Positions 27,612 through 37,064 are shown, numbered from the stretch's first letter. The stretch: 64,000 nt of DNA from Desulfatiglandales bacterium (GCA_049366815.1 JBMNCO010000087.1:10317-74316), one strand, 5' to 3'. A program made the numbers and translations. Notes: generated by a model from the letters alone, not told the origin.

Positions 27612-28032
27612 AATAACCGGGTCTTATGAAAAATCCGTACCAAAACGCAACCATTGAATTTAGTATGAAAATTCAGACCGTTAGATGCGTGGCGCATTAC
27701 ATGAAACACAATACTTGTAAAATCATTACATGCATGTGTGGAGCCGGGTGCGATTTATAGGAAAAAATTTTCACACTCAGAAGGAAGTGATCTTGTCGTC
27801 GGCGCCACAATGACACGCATTGTGTTGACTTGGAAGTGTTTCCAATCAGGATTCTGCGTCAACCCTTTTGAACGCAAAGAGCGTTCAGCATGACCCTAGA
27901 CAGGAATAATTTCCCTGTTCATACCCTATCACATCACGAGACCTTTGCAAAATTCCGGCTCTAACCTGCGACAACCTGGCAAAATAAGGCATGATATTCG
28001 GCACTTGAAATATTACCCAAGAAGGATTAACT

Positions 28033-29874
28033 TTGACCCAGTCGCATTGGTGTCTAAAACAAATGCCTCTTATCCTCCAGCCTCATATAACAACCATGGA
28101 ATGGATGTTTCGGAAAATGCCGTCAAATAAGATTGGAGATACAGGTTTGAATAGGAAACAGGTCGCTGGTGTCCGGGAAGACCGACCGGAATTACCTGGG
28201 GCAAATCAAGGGCAGATTCTTCTGAAGGAGCTCTACCCTCTCTCAGGCCAAGAGATCCTCCACCATATCCTGGATCAGGAAAAAGCGCAGGAACTGGTGC
28301 GGGCCATGCCCTATGAGGATTTTTTTTGGCTTATCAAAAAAATCGGTGAAGACGATTGCCTGCCTGTTCTGGAGCTTGCCTCTACAGGCCAGTGGGAGTA
28401 TTTGCTCGATCTTGAAATATGGGAAAGAGACAGTCTGGATATAGAAGCCTACGTTTCTTGGTTAAAGCGCTTTGAGGAGGCGGACGGTAAACGACTGGTG
28501 GAGTGGCTCTTCGAGGAGGGAGAATTCCTGGCCTCTTTCCATTTCTCCAAATCTCTTGAAGTGATCGTAGTCAGTGATAAAGACGAAGTCTATGACCTGC
28601 CGGAAGGATTTTTCAGTCTGGACGGCACCCTCCATATCCGGGCAAGAAACCCGGACCATCGAGAAACCCTTGAAAATCTCATCAGGACCATGGCTAACGT
28701 CAGTTTTGAACGTTATCGCGCCCTCATTCTGGGTTTGGCCGGCGTTCTTCCCGCCGAGACCGAAGAGGAGATGTACCGCCTGAGAAATGTGCGCCTGGCC
28801 GAGCACGGCTTCCTCCCCAGGGAAGAAGCCATTTCCATCTATGCACCCCTGGACCCCGAGGCGCTGGGCATCAAAGATGAATCACCCCGTGAGACCGTCG
28901 TTCTCGAAGAAGAGTCCAGGGCACTGGTTCCGATCCTGCCGCTTGATCTTGCCGCGGGAAAAAACAGGTTTGTGCAAACAGTCTTGGGGTTATCGGACCT
29001 CGTCCTTTTGGACAGAATCCGCCTGGAATTCGCCGGTCTTTGCAACCAGCTCCTGTCAGCGGATGGGCTTTTGCTGAGGGAGCTTGATATCCTGCTCAAG
29101 ACCTGCGAAAAGGCATCGGGATATTTAAGCCTGGCCTTGGAGAGACTGTCTGGAGAGGACATGACCAAGGCCGAAGAGACCCTGAGGCATCATTCTCTCC
29201 TTTCCCTTTTTCGTGTGGGAGTCGGCCTGACCATGAAACTGAAGTGGGAGGCCGAGCGTTGGATAGGCGGGAGCTGGTTTCTGAGCTCTGAACTGGATGT
29301 GGATTTTTGGGGTGAGTACTGGGGAGGCGTCTTAAGGGGTTTGCTGAAAAAGAGGCCTATGTATTATGCGGCCTATCACGAGGGGGAGGAGTATCGGGAT
29401 TTCCGGTCACTCTCCGAGGTGGGTGAATGTGCCGCGGCACTCCGGCGCCTGATGGCCCTGGATAGCCTTCTTGAACGTCTCTCAGTCCTGTTTCCGCCGA
29501 AGGAAGGCGGGATTGCCCTCTCGCCTGAACGGACATTCCGACCCCTCATCTTCAATCTTTGGAGTCGATCCGTGCTGGGTCTCGAGCCCTCTCTTTCAGG
29601 CCTATCTCTGGAACAGGCCAGAGACCTGTTCCAGAGACTCAGAGATGAGGAATCGGGGCCGCCCTACCGGATGTCTCGGTTCAAAGAGACCTTTTTGGCC
29701 GACCTGACGGCCTATACCTCTGACGTTGAACCTGAGATCTTGGGACTTGTCAGAGAGACCCTGGCACTGATTTGGCACGACTTCGAGAAGGCCCATCAAG
29801 GGGTTTCTTTGAAGGATCTGGATGCAAGGTTCTCGACTTTTCTTACCATCAGTCCTGTCTCTTCCCAGCGATAA
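28033..29874 (+). CDS. Large conserved hypothetical protein (up to 613 aa); start uncertain (ATG options at 28063 and 28096)
   Basis: Long uninterrupted ORF with coding-like composition. No catalytic motif recognised. Confidence 0.6.
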   Translation: MTQSHWCLKQMPLILQPHITTMEWMFRKMPSNKIGDTGLNRKQVAGVREDRPELPGANQGQILLKELYPLSGQEILHHILDQEKAQELVRAMPYEDFFWLIKKIGEDDCLPVLELASTGQWEYLLDLEIWERDSLDIEAYVSWLKRFEEADGKRLVEWLFEEGEFLASFHFSKSLEVIVVSDKDEVYDLPEGFFSLDGTLHIRARNPDHRETLENLIRTMANVSFERYRALILGLAGVLPAETEEEMYRLRNVRLAEHGFLPREEAISIYAPLDPEALGIKDESPRETVVLEEESRALVPILPLDLAAGKNRFVQTVLGLSDLVLLDRIRLEFAGLCNQLLSADGLLLRELDILLKTCEKASGYLSLALERLSGEDMTKAEETLRHHSLLSLFRVGVGLTMKLKWEAERWIGGSWFLSSELDVDFWGEYWGGVLRGLLKKRPMYYAAYHEGEEYRDFRSLSEVGECAAALRRLMALDSLLERLSVLFPPKEGGIALSPERTFRPLIFNLWSRSVLGLEPSLSGLSLEQARDLFQRLRDEESGPPYRMSRFKETFLADLTAYTSDVEPEILGLVRETLALIWHDFEKAHQGVSLKDLDARFSTFLTISPVSSQR

Positions 29875-30958
29875 AATCGTCGGTCAATCGTTGGGCCTCT
29901 GAATCGGTATATTGCCTGGGTGGATGTTTCATGAAATAGGATGAGGGGGAATAAAGGATTCCGCCCCGCCCCCGATCCATGGCAAGCTTGCAGCACCGGA
30001 CGGCATCTATGACGACGCCCCCTGAATTGGGGGAATCCTCGACAGAGAGACGCATATCCAGATTTATTTGAATGTCCCCGAAAAGTTTGCCTTCCATGCG
30101 TATGAAGCAGACCTTGTTATCCTTTTGCCACGCGACCCAGTCGCTTGGGCCGATGTGGATGTTTTCCTCGGGGAGCCGGTTTTCTCCCAGCTGAGACTGA
30201 ACCGCCTCTGTCTTGGACTCTCTTTTTGACACAAGACGGGAGCGGTCCAACATGTTCAGAAAATCCGTATTTCCTCCGGTGTTCAATTGATAGGTGCGAT
30301 CCAATTTTACACCCCTGCTCTTGAAAAGATTCGTGAGCACCCGGTGTACGATGGTCGCGCCCAGCTGGGACTTGATGTCGTCGCCGATAAGGGGCAGGTT
30401 CTCGGCTTGAAAGCGCTTTCCCCAGTCGGGATCACTGGCAATGAAGACAGGCATACAATTGACCAACCCCAGCCCGGCCTGCAGTGCACACTCCGCATAG
30501 AACCTGGCGGCCTGCTCGGATCCCACGGGAAGATAGTTTAAAAGAATCTGCGCACCGGATCCTTTCAGGACGTCTATGATGTCCTCTTTTTCGGGTTCTT
30601 TCTCATCGGAGAGCAGAAAGGAGTACTTCGTATCATAGTTCTTCATGTGTTCTGCAAATCCATCCAGGACCCTTCCCATTCTGACAATAACGCCTGTTTC
30701 TTCAATATTCGGAAAGATGGCCTTTGTACAATTCGGGAGCTGAAAGATCGCCTTCGACAGGTCTTGTCCCACCTTTCGTTTGTCTATGTCAAAGGCTACC
30801 ACCACGTCGATGTCGCCGGGCTTATATCCCCCGATATCCCAATGCATGAAACCGATGGCATCTGCTTCACTCCTCTGCCTGTAGTATTCGATTCCTTGGA
30901 TGAGTGCGCTAGCGCAGTTGCCGATCCCGACAATGGCAACCTTGATTTTGTCCATCAA
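29849..30958 (-). CDS. Inositol-3-phosphate synthase (myo-inositol-1-phosphate synthase)
   Basis: N-terminal Rossmann motif KVAIVGIGNCASALIQGIEYY. Length of about 369 aa, typical of the bacterial/archaeal enzyme. Confidence 0.88.
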   Translation of the reverse strand: MMDKIKVAIVGIGNCASALIQGIEYYRQRSEADAIGFMHWDIGGYKPGDIDVVVAFDIDKRKVGQDLSKAIFQLPNCTKAIFPNIEETGVIVRMGRVLDGFAEHMKNYDTKYSFLLSDEKEPEKEDIIDVLKGSGAQILLNYLPVGSEQAARFYAECALQAGLGLVNCMPVFIASDPDWGKRFQAENLPLIGDDIKSQLGATIVHRVLTNLFKSRGVKLDRTYQLNTGGNTDFLNMLDRSRLVSKRESKTEAVQSQLGENRLPEENIHIGPSDWVAWQKDNKVCFIRMEGKLFGDIQINLDMRLSVEDSPNSGGVVIDAVRCCKLAMDRGRGGILYSPSSYFMKHPPRQYTDSEAQRLTDDFIAGKRQD

Positions 30959-31187
30959 AGCCCTCCTCCTTTCATTTCAATCAGATCGACGCCCGGAAAA
31001 AAGTTGTGGCCCCGGTATGAAAACACGCAAAATACGGCTGGGATTTCAAGCCAAAGCACCCACGGACAATACACCGTGCCAGGCTATTACCATCTCCTTC
31101 CACATCAGTGATTACGGTCTGGGGGTAAGAGCAATATTCCACATTGTAGATATTCCGTCAAAGGAAATGTCATCGTACTCTAGGGAA

Positions 31188-31216
31188 TTGACACCGCAGG
31201 GGCTTTCCCCTATACT
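31188..31216 (+). promoter_or_regulatory. Strong sigma70-like promoter candidate for the nucleosidase-epimerase-ugd gene string
   Basis: TTGACA (31188-31193), exact 17-nt spacer, TATACT (31211-31216), 75 nt upstream of ATG 31292. Confidence 0.5.
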
Positions 31217-31291
31217 TATCCGAAAATCCTTGTTTTTGCAAAGAGTTAACAAGCTAAAATTGCTGAGGATCAAAGCTTAGAGGAGGCCCCG

Positions 31292-32077
31292 ATGATCCTG
31301 AAAGAACATGAATATGTCAGACAGACGCTGGAGAGATATACCAACTGTCCACTTGAAGACTTTTGCGACTATGTGCTCATAACCAACTTCAGACAATATG
31401 TTCAGGCCTTCAAGGAGAGAACGCAGGGGACCTATTCCGAGGGCAATTTTCGAATCGTCAACGCCAAGGACAAGAACTGCACCATGATTGACTTTGGAAT
31501 CGGTTCACCCCAGGCGGCCTTGGTCATCAACTGTCTGGCCTATCTCGACAATCTCAAATCGGTCATCGTGTTGGGCATGTGTGGGGGAATCGACGATATT
31601 CTCGAGGTCGGGGACTTTGTCATCGCATCCGCAGCCATCCGTGGTGAGGGAACGAGCAGACATTACCTTCCGAGGGAGTTTCCGGCCATACCCGCCTCTT
31701 CGGTCAACCTGTTCTGCATTGGTGCGGTCAGAAAGGCCGGGCTTGACCCGCGGTGCGGCATTGTTTACACCACGGACAGGCGATTGTGGGAGTTCGATGA
31801 TGAATTCATCTCGTATCTGAGGCAACAACGAATCCTGGCCATCGAGATGGAACTCGCAACACTTTTTTCCGTGGCCTATCGTTATGAGGTCCCCATCGGG
31901 TCCATTATGCTCGTCTCTGATATGCCTTTGCAGAGAAGGGGTATCAAGAGCAAGAAACTTCATGAGGAGATCTATACGAAGTACATGGAAACGCATCTGG
32001 AAATTGCCGAGGATGCCGTGAAGAATATCGGGGGAAAATGGGGAGAAGTGGAAAGGAAATTGACCAGTGAATGGTAA
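31292..32077 (+). CDS. Nucleoside phosphorylase family protein (AMP nucleosidase-like catalytic domain)
   Basis: PNP_UDP_1-type pattern: MIDFGIGSPQAA, VLGMCGG, AIEMELATLF. Confidence 0.8.
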   Translation: MILKEHEYVRQTLERYTNCPLEDFCDYVLITNFRQYVQAFKERTQGTYSEGNFRIVNAKDKNCTMIDFGIGSPQAALVINCLAYLDNLKSVIVLGMCGGIDDILEVGDFVIASAAIRGEGTSRHYLPREFPAIPASSVNLFCIGAVRKAGLDPRCGIVYTTDRRLWEFDDEFISYLRQQRILAIEMELATLFSVAYRYEVPIGSIMLVSDMPLQRRGIKSKKLHEEIYTKYMETHLEIAEDAVKNIGGKWGEVERKLTSEW

Positions 32078-32113
32078 GCCGAATGGTGACACACAGCGGG
32101 CTTGGAGGTAGGG

Positions 32114-33178
32114 ATGAAGGTTCTTGTGACAGGTACGGCCGGATTTATCGGATCATTTACGGCGATGCGGCTTGTGGAAAGAGGGGATGAAGTTGTCGGT
32201 ATCGACAATGTCAATGACTATTATGACGTGACCTTGAAATATGCCAGGCTTGAAAGGGCCGGGATCGACCCTTCAAAAGCGAAGACTGGGGAATGGGTCC
32301 AGAGTCAAAAATATCCGGGCTATCGCTTCAAAAGGACGGCCCTCGAAGATCTGTCCGGGCTTGAACGGATCTTTATCGAGGAAGACTTTGATGCCGTGTG
32401 TCATCTGGCAGCCCAGGCGGGTGTTCGATATTCCCTGACCAATCCCCACAGTTATATTGATTCCAATATCGCAGGGTTCCTTAATCTCCTGGAATGCCGC
32501 CGACATCACGGCAACGGGCACCTTGTCTTTGCATCTTCCAGCTCAGTATACGGGATGAACAGGAAATATCCCTTTTCGACCAGGGACAACGTGGACCACC
32601 CCGTCTCCCTGTATGCAGCCACCAAGAAATCCAATGAACTCATGGCACACTCCTATAGCCATCTGTTTTCCATACCTGTGACGGGGCTGCGGTTTTTTAC
32701 GGTCTACGGCCCCTGGGGTAGGCCTGATATGGCCCTGTTTCTTTTCACAAAGGCCATCCTTGAAGACAGGCCCATCGATGTCTTCAACCGGGGAGACATG
32801 AGAAGGGATTTCACCTATGTGGACGATATTGTCACCGGGATTGTCAAGGTCCTTGAGCGACCCCCTCAAGGCGATCCGGACTGGACCGGGGAGGATCCGG
32901 ACCCATCAAGATCCCGGGCGCCATACAGGCTTTACAATATTGGAAATAACAGCCCGGTCGGGCTTATGGATTTTATTGAGGCCATAGAGAGGGCACTGGG
33001 GAAAGAGGCGAAAAAAAATCTCCTGCCCATGCAACCGGGCGATGTTCCGGTATCATGGGCCGATGTGGATGATCTGGTGGAGGATATAGGCTATTCGCCG
33101 GCCATGCCGATCCAGGAAGGCATCAATAGATTTGTGGAATGGTACCTCGAATTTTACAGGGTGAAGGCCGGGACGTAG
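32114..33178 (+). CDS. NAD-dependent epimerase/dehydratase (UDP-glucuronate 4-epimerase type)
   Basis: MKVLVTGTAGFIGS Rossmann motif and YAATK catalytic motif. Directly upstream of ugd. Confidence 0.88.
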   Translation: MKVLVTGTAGFIGSFTAMRLVERGDEVVGIDNVNDYYDVTLKYARLERAGIDPSKAKTGEWVQSQKYPGYRFKRTALEDLSGLERIFIEEDFDAVCHLAAQAGVRYSLTNPHSYIDSNIAGFLNLLECRRHHGNGHLVFASSSSVYGMNRKYPFSTRDNVDHPVSLYAATKKSNELMAHSYSHLFSIPVTGLRFFTVYGPWGRPDMALFLFTKAILEDRPIDVFNRGDMRRDFTYVDDIVTGIVKVLERPPQGDPDWTGEDPDPSRSRAPYRLYNIGNNSPVGLMDFIEAIERALGKEAKKNLLPMQPGDVPVSWADVDDLVEDIGYSPAMPIQEGINRFVEWYLEFYRVKAGT

Positions 33179-33197
33179 GCCCCCCAGAAAGATTTTT

Positions 33198-33286
33198 CGT
33201 ATGAGTTTAGCCGTCTGAAAGAGCCCAGCAATTTCGGCCATGGCCCCTCCGTGATGGTGTAATTTATAAGAGCCTAAAGTGTTACG
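33198..33286 (+). mobile_element. MITE-like element, 89-bp subfamily, copy E
   Basis: Flanked by ATTTTT at 33192-33197 and 33287-33292. Right end reverse-complemented (CGTAACACTTTAGG) matches the left end of copy A at 13/14 positions. Confidence 0.75.
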
Positions 33287-33315
33287 ATTTTTCCTGCTTT
33301 CAAGGAGACTTAATT

Positions 33316-34692
33316 ATGCGTTTCGAAAAAAACATCCTCTGCATCGGTGCGGGATATGTCGGCGGACCCACGATGGCCGTTATCGCGGCCAAGTGCCCCC
33401 AGTACAAGGTGACGGTTGTGGATATCAACAAGGAGAAGATCGGGCAATGGAACAGTGATCATCTCCCTATCTATGAGCCGGGATTGGATGAGGTCGTCAA
33501 GGCGGCCAGGAACAGAAATCTCTTTTTCTCAACCGAGACTGAAAAGGGGATAAAAGAAGCGGAGATCATCTTTGTCTCCGTCAATACGCCCACCAAGACC
33601 TTCGGCCAGGGGGCCGGTAAGGCGGCGGACCTCCAATACTGGGAAAAGACGGCCAGACAGGTCCTTGACCACTCTGACCATTCTAAGGTCATCGTGGAAA
33701 AGTCCACGCTTCCCGTCCGTACGGCTTCCGCCATGGAACGCATCCTCAATGCCAACGGGAAGGGGCTTCATTTCGAGATCATCTCGAATCCCGAATTTCT
33801 CGCTGAAGGCACGGCCATCAGAGACCTCGAAAACCCGGATCGTGTCCTGATCGGTTCGAGGGAGACCACGGAGGGTCTCCAGGCAAGGGAGGAGATTGTT
33901 AAGATCTATGCCAACTGGGTGCCAAGGGACCGCATCATCGAGTCTAATGTCTGGAGTTCCGAGCTCTCCAAACTCACGGCCAATGCCTTTCTCGCGCAGA
34001 GGATATCATCCATCAACTCTCTTTCCGCCCTTTGCGAACAGACCGAGGCCGACATCGACGAGGTGGCCTATGCCATCGGCAGGGACTCCAGAATCGGAGA
34101 CAAATTTCTCAAGGCGAGCGTAGGCTTCGGGGGGTCCTGTTTCAAAAAGGACATCCTCAACCTGGTTTATATCTGTCAGAGTTACGGCCTTTACGATGTG
34201 GCCGAATACTGGGAATCGGTCGTTAAAATCAATGACTGGCAAGAGACCCGGTTTATCCGAAATATGCTCAGCAACATGTTCAACACCGTTGCAGGCAAAA
34301 AGATCGCCCTTTTTGGTTTTGCCTTTAAGGCCAACACGGGCGACACCCGAGAATCCCCGGCCATCTATGTGGCCAGGGGATTGTTGGAAGAACAGGCTGA
34401 GATCGTGATTTCCGATCCAAAGGCCCTGGAAAACGCCAAACTGGACCTGGAGGATGTGAGGGCGGGCCTGAGCTTTGAACTGGATCCCTACAGGGCGGCG
34501 GAAGGCGCCCATGCCATAGCTGTTCTTACCGAGTGGGATCTCTACAGGGATCTGGATTATGAGAGAATTTTTGAATCCATGGTCAAACCCGCCTCCATTT
34601 TCGACGGCCGGAATATCCTGGAGCGCAAAAGGCTTTTTGACTTGGGGTTTAATGTGTTTTCTATCGGCAAGACCCCACTGAAGCATTTTTGA
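33316..34692 (+). CDS. ugd: UDP-glucose 6-dehydrogenase
   Basis: CIGAGYVGGPTMAV NAD motif and catalytic Cys in GFGGSCFKKD; 458 aa. Confidence 0.93.
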   Translation: MRFEKNILCIGAGYVGGPTMAVIAAKCPQYKVTVVDINKEKIGQWNSDHLPIYEPGLDEVVKAARNRNLFFSTETEKGIKEAEIIFVSVNTPTKTFGQGAGKAADLQYWEKTARQVLDHSDHSKVIVEKSTLPVRTASAMERILNANGKGLHFEIISNPEFLAEGTAIRDLENPDRVLIGSRETTEGLQAREEIVKIYANWVPRDRIIESNVWSSELSKLTANAFLAQRISSINSLSALCEQTEADIDEVAYAIGRDSRIGDKFLKASVGFGGSCFKKDILNLVYICQSYGLYDVAEYWESVVKINDWQETRFIRNMLSNMFNTVAGKKIALFGFAFKANTGDTRESPAIYVARGLLEEQAEIVISDPKALENAKLDLEDVRAGLSFELDPYRAAEGAHAIAVLTEWDLYRDLDYERIFESMVKPASIFDGRNILERKRLFDLGFNVFSIGKTPLKHF

Positions 34693-34698
34693 AAAGGA

Positions 34699-35427
34699 TC
34701 ACCTTTCAGCGACCTTGTCGGGCCCTGTAACACGCAGGAACTGATCCGGTTCCAGGCGCGCAAAGATACAGGCCCCGGGGCAGGGCCTAATCAGCTTCTC
34801 AGGGTACTCAGCGCCGATTATTTGAAAGAGTTCAAGGCAGCATGAACAGAGATGAGCGCTCCGGTCGATAGAGTAGGGGATCATGCGATGGTCTTTCTCG
34901 ATGAAAAACCGGGGCACGACGAAATTGGCATGATTGGCGGTGTGCGTGAGGTATAGGAAATCATAATCGGCTACATCCGATCCCAGCCTTCCGGCCCAGC
35001 GCAGATAGATACGCTTTTCAAGGTCGTCAACATGAGTCCAGGCCCTCGGTATCTTTTCCGCAAAAGCGGGATCAAGAATCATCCGCCCTTTCTCCTCAGG
35101 GCCGGCCTGTCGTGGCGGGACAAAGTCCGACTTTGTGATCGTCGCGGTTTTTTTCTCCCCATATCCCTTGAGATCGAAGGAACTGATCACGAGATAAAGG
35201 CCGTTCTTTTCGGATGCCCTGTACCAACTGCCCTGCCTGGAACAAGTTTCCCCCCACACTTCCGGGGCCACGCTTGCTATTTTGTTGATTTCATCCAGAG
35301 GCGTGCATACAACGCCCTTGGCCGGTTTCAGTCTTGTTTTGGAGGCCTCAAGCATGCCCCTTAACTGGGTTTCTTCAGTCTTGGTAAGCCAGTAAACGTG
35401 TTTAATATAAGGACCCTTGGGTTTCAT
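34699..35427 (-). CDS. Hypothetical Cys-rich protein; start uncertain (track ORF extends to 35544)
   Basis: Continuous ORF with C-terminal Cys/His clusters HLCSCC and PCPGAC. No family recognised. Confidence 0.5.
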   Translation of the reverse strand: MKPKGPYIKHVYWLTKTEETQLRGMLEASKTRLKPAKGVVCTPLDEINKIASVAPEVWGETCSRQGSWYRASEKNGLYLVISSFDLKGYGEKKTATITKSDFVPPRQAGPEEKGRMILDPAFAEKIPRAWTHVDDLEKRIYLRWAGRLGSDVADYDFLYLTHTANHANFVVPRFFIEKDHRMIPYSIDRSAHLCSCCLELFQIIGAEYPEKLIRPCPGACIFARLEPDQFLRVTGPDKVAER

Positions 35428-35575
35428 TGTATTCTCACTTTCCATCCGCATAGCGATTATGGGGTAAGGAGCCTTTGAATGCAAGGGATATGCAGTATGG
35501 TTATCGAAGTCCTCTCTTTTGCCCGAAGAGTCGAGGAATGACAAGAACTATTGAATTTTTTAAAGAACATATGTG

Positions 35576-35604
35576 TTGTGAATTTATATCACTCATGATA
35601 TAAA
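35576..35604 (+). promoter_or_regulatory. moeA promoter candidate overlapped by a ModE-box-like perfect palindrome
   Basis: TTGTGA (35576-35581), 17-nt spacer, TATAAA (35599-35604). Perfect inverted repeat TTTATATCA-ctca-TGATATAAA at 35583-35604. Confidence 0.45.
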
Positions 35605-35677
35605 AATAGACCTTCACTCTTCCGGGTCTTGAGGAAGGGAAGAAGCATGTCGTTAAGAGATAAGGAGCTCGTGAGCA

Positions 35678-36904
35678 TTGTTTTTTAAGGTAAAGACGAC
35701 TGAAGAGGTACTGGAGATCCTCGACCAGTTTGAACCTGTCGGGATCGACGCCCTCCCGCTGATAAAGGCCTTCGGCCGAGTCCTGGGTGAGGACTTCATT
35801 TCACAGGAAAACCTGCCGGGGTTTTCAAGGACCTCTATGGACGGTTATGCCGTAAAGGCCAAGGACACTTACGGCGCAACGGAGAGCCTGCCTGCCCTCC
35901 TTGAGGTTGGAGGCGAGGTGCTCATGGGAGGGATTCCCTCTGTGGTCGTTCGCCCGGGGCAGGCCGTGAGGATATCAACGGGCGGGATGCTTCCTGAAGG
36001 GGCCGACGCCGTAGTTATGATAGAATACTGTCACGCCCTGGACGAAAAAACCATTGAGGTGAGCCGGGCTGTGTCCCCGCAAGAAAACATCATTCAATTC
36101 GATGATGATATCAGAAAGGACGCCCTTGTCCTCCCAAAAGGCCGTAAGCTGAGATCTCAGGACCTGGGAGTCATGGCAGCTCTGGGGCAATCCGAGGTAT
36201 CGGTTTACCGTAGGCCCAGGATAGCTATTGTCTCAACCGGAGATGAAGTGGTCCCGATTGATCAGAGCCCGGGCCCGGGTCAGGTTCGAGACATCAACAC
36301 CTACACCTTGAGTGCGTTTTGTGAACTAAACGGGGCGGAGCCTGTTGCACTCGGGTTGTGCGGCGATGATTTTGATGAACTGCAGGAGATGGTTGTAAAA
36401 GGGCTTGAGGAGGCGGACTCGGTCTGGATATCCGGCGGCAGCTCCGTCGGTACTCGGGATCTGACTGTAAAGGTCTTCGAATCCCTTGATTCTGTGGACA
36501 CCCTGGTTCACGGTATTTCCATAAGTCCAGGGAAACCGACCATCATCGCCCGGTCAAAGTCACAGGCCATTTTCGGCCTTCCCGGGCATGCGGCCTCGGC
36601 CATGGTGGTGGCAGAGGTCTTTCTGACGCCATTCTTGGCCAAACTGGCAGGCAAAAGGGATCCCTTCAAAGAACGCCACCAGATCCTCAATGCAAAGCTG
36701 AGCAGGAACATCGAGTCCGCCGGCGGCCGGGATGACTACATTCGGGTCAAACTGATAAGGGCTGATGACGAATGGATGGCAGATCCCATTTTCGGAAAGT
36801 CCGCTCTTATCTCCACCCTCGTGGAGGCCGACGGATTGCTCCGGGTGGACAGGAATACGGAAGGCCTGTATCAGGATCAGATCGTTCAGGTTATGGTCAT
36901 ATAG
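35678..36904 (+). CDS. moeA: Molybdopterin molybdotransferase MoeA (TTG start)
   Basis: MoeA N- and C-domain pattern: SMDGYAV, ISTGGMLPEGADAVV, VSTGDEV, ISGGSSVG, PGKP. AAGGAG RBS 10 nt upstream. Confidence 0.9.
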   Translation: MFFKVKTTEEVLEILDQFEPVGIDALPLIKAFGRVLGEDFISQENLPGFSRTSMDGYAVKAKDTYGATESLPALLEVGGEVLMGGIPSVVVRPGQAVRISTGGMLPEGADAVVMIEYCHALDEKTIEVSRAVSPQENIIQFDDDIRKDALVLPKGRKLRSQDLGVMAALGQSEVSVYRRPRIAIVSTGDEVVPIDQSPGPGQVRDINTYTLSAFCELNGAEPVALGLCGDDFDELQEMVVKGLEEADSVWISGGSSVGTRDLTVKVFESLDSVDTLVHGISISPGKPTIIARSKSQAIFGLPGHAASAMVVAEVFLTPFLAKLAGKRDPFKERHQILNAKLSRNIESAGGRDDYIRVKLIRADDEWMADPIFGKSALISTLVEADGLLRVDRNTEGLYQDQIVQVMVI

Positions 36905-36915
36905 GTATAGAGCGT

Positions 36916-36969
36916 GCCCATCCGGAAATGGGCATTTCCGGAGTTGCGCAGACAGCCGTCAGCGATCAG
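36916..36969 (-). repeat. Hairpin repeat family 2, copy S1
   Basis: ATCCGGAAAT-gggc-ATTTCCGGA (36920-36942), plus adjacent block GACAGCCGTCAGCGATCAG (36951-36969). The reverse complement of that block matches 49857-49875 at 18/19 positions. Confidence 0.65.
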
Positions 36970-37035
36970 GTGTCAGCAAGGGCTATGCAAAGACAAGGCA
37001 TGAGACTGAGCGCTGAATGCCGACAGCAGACCGTT

Positions 37036-37064
37036 CCATCCAGAAATCGTGTATTTCCGGATGG
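37036..37064 (+). repeat. Hairpin repeat family 2, copy S2
   Basis: CCATCCAGAAAT-cgtgt-ATTTCCGGATGG, a 12-bp stem with one mismatch, 31 nt upstream of the next gene's start. Confidence 0.6.

Noticed and set aside
27870-27886. c-di-GMP-I (GEMM-I) riboswitch-like GAACGCAAAGAGCG
   Set aside because: It only partially resembles the GACGCAAAGCC core. The GGCAAAC tetraloop-receptor half and the surrounding helices are absent.
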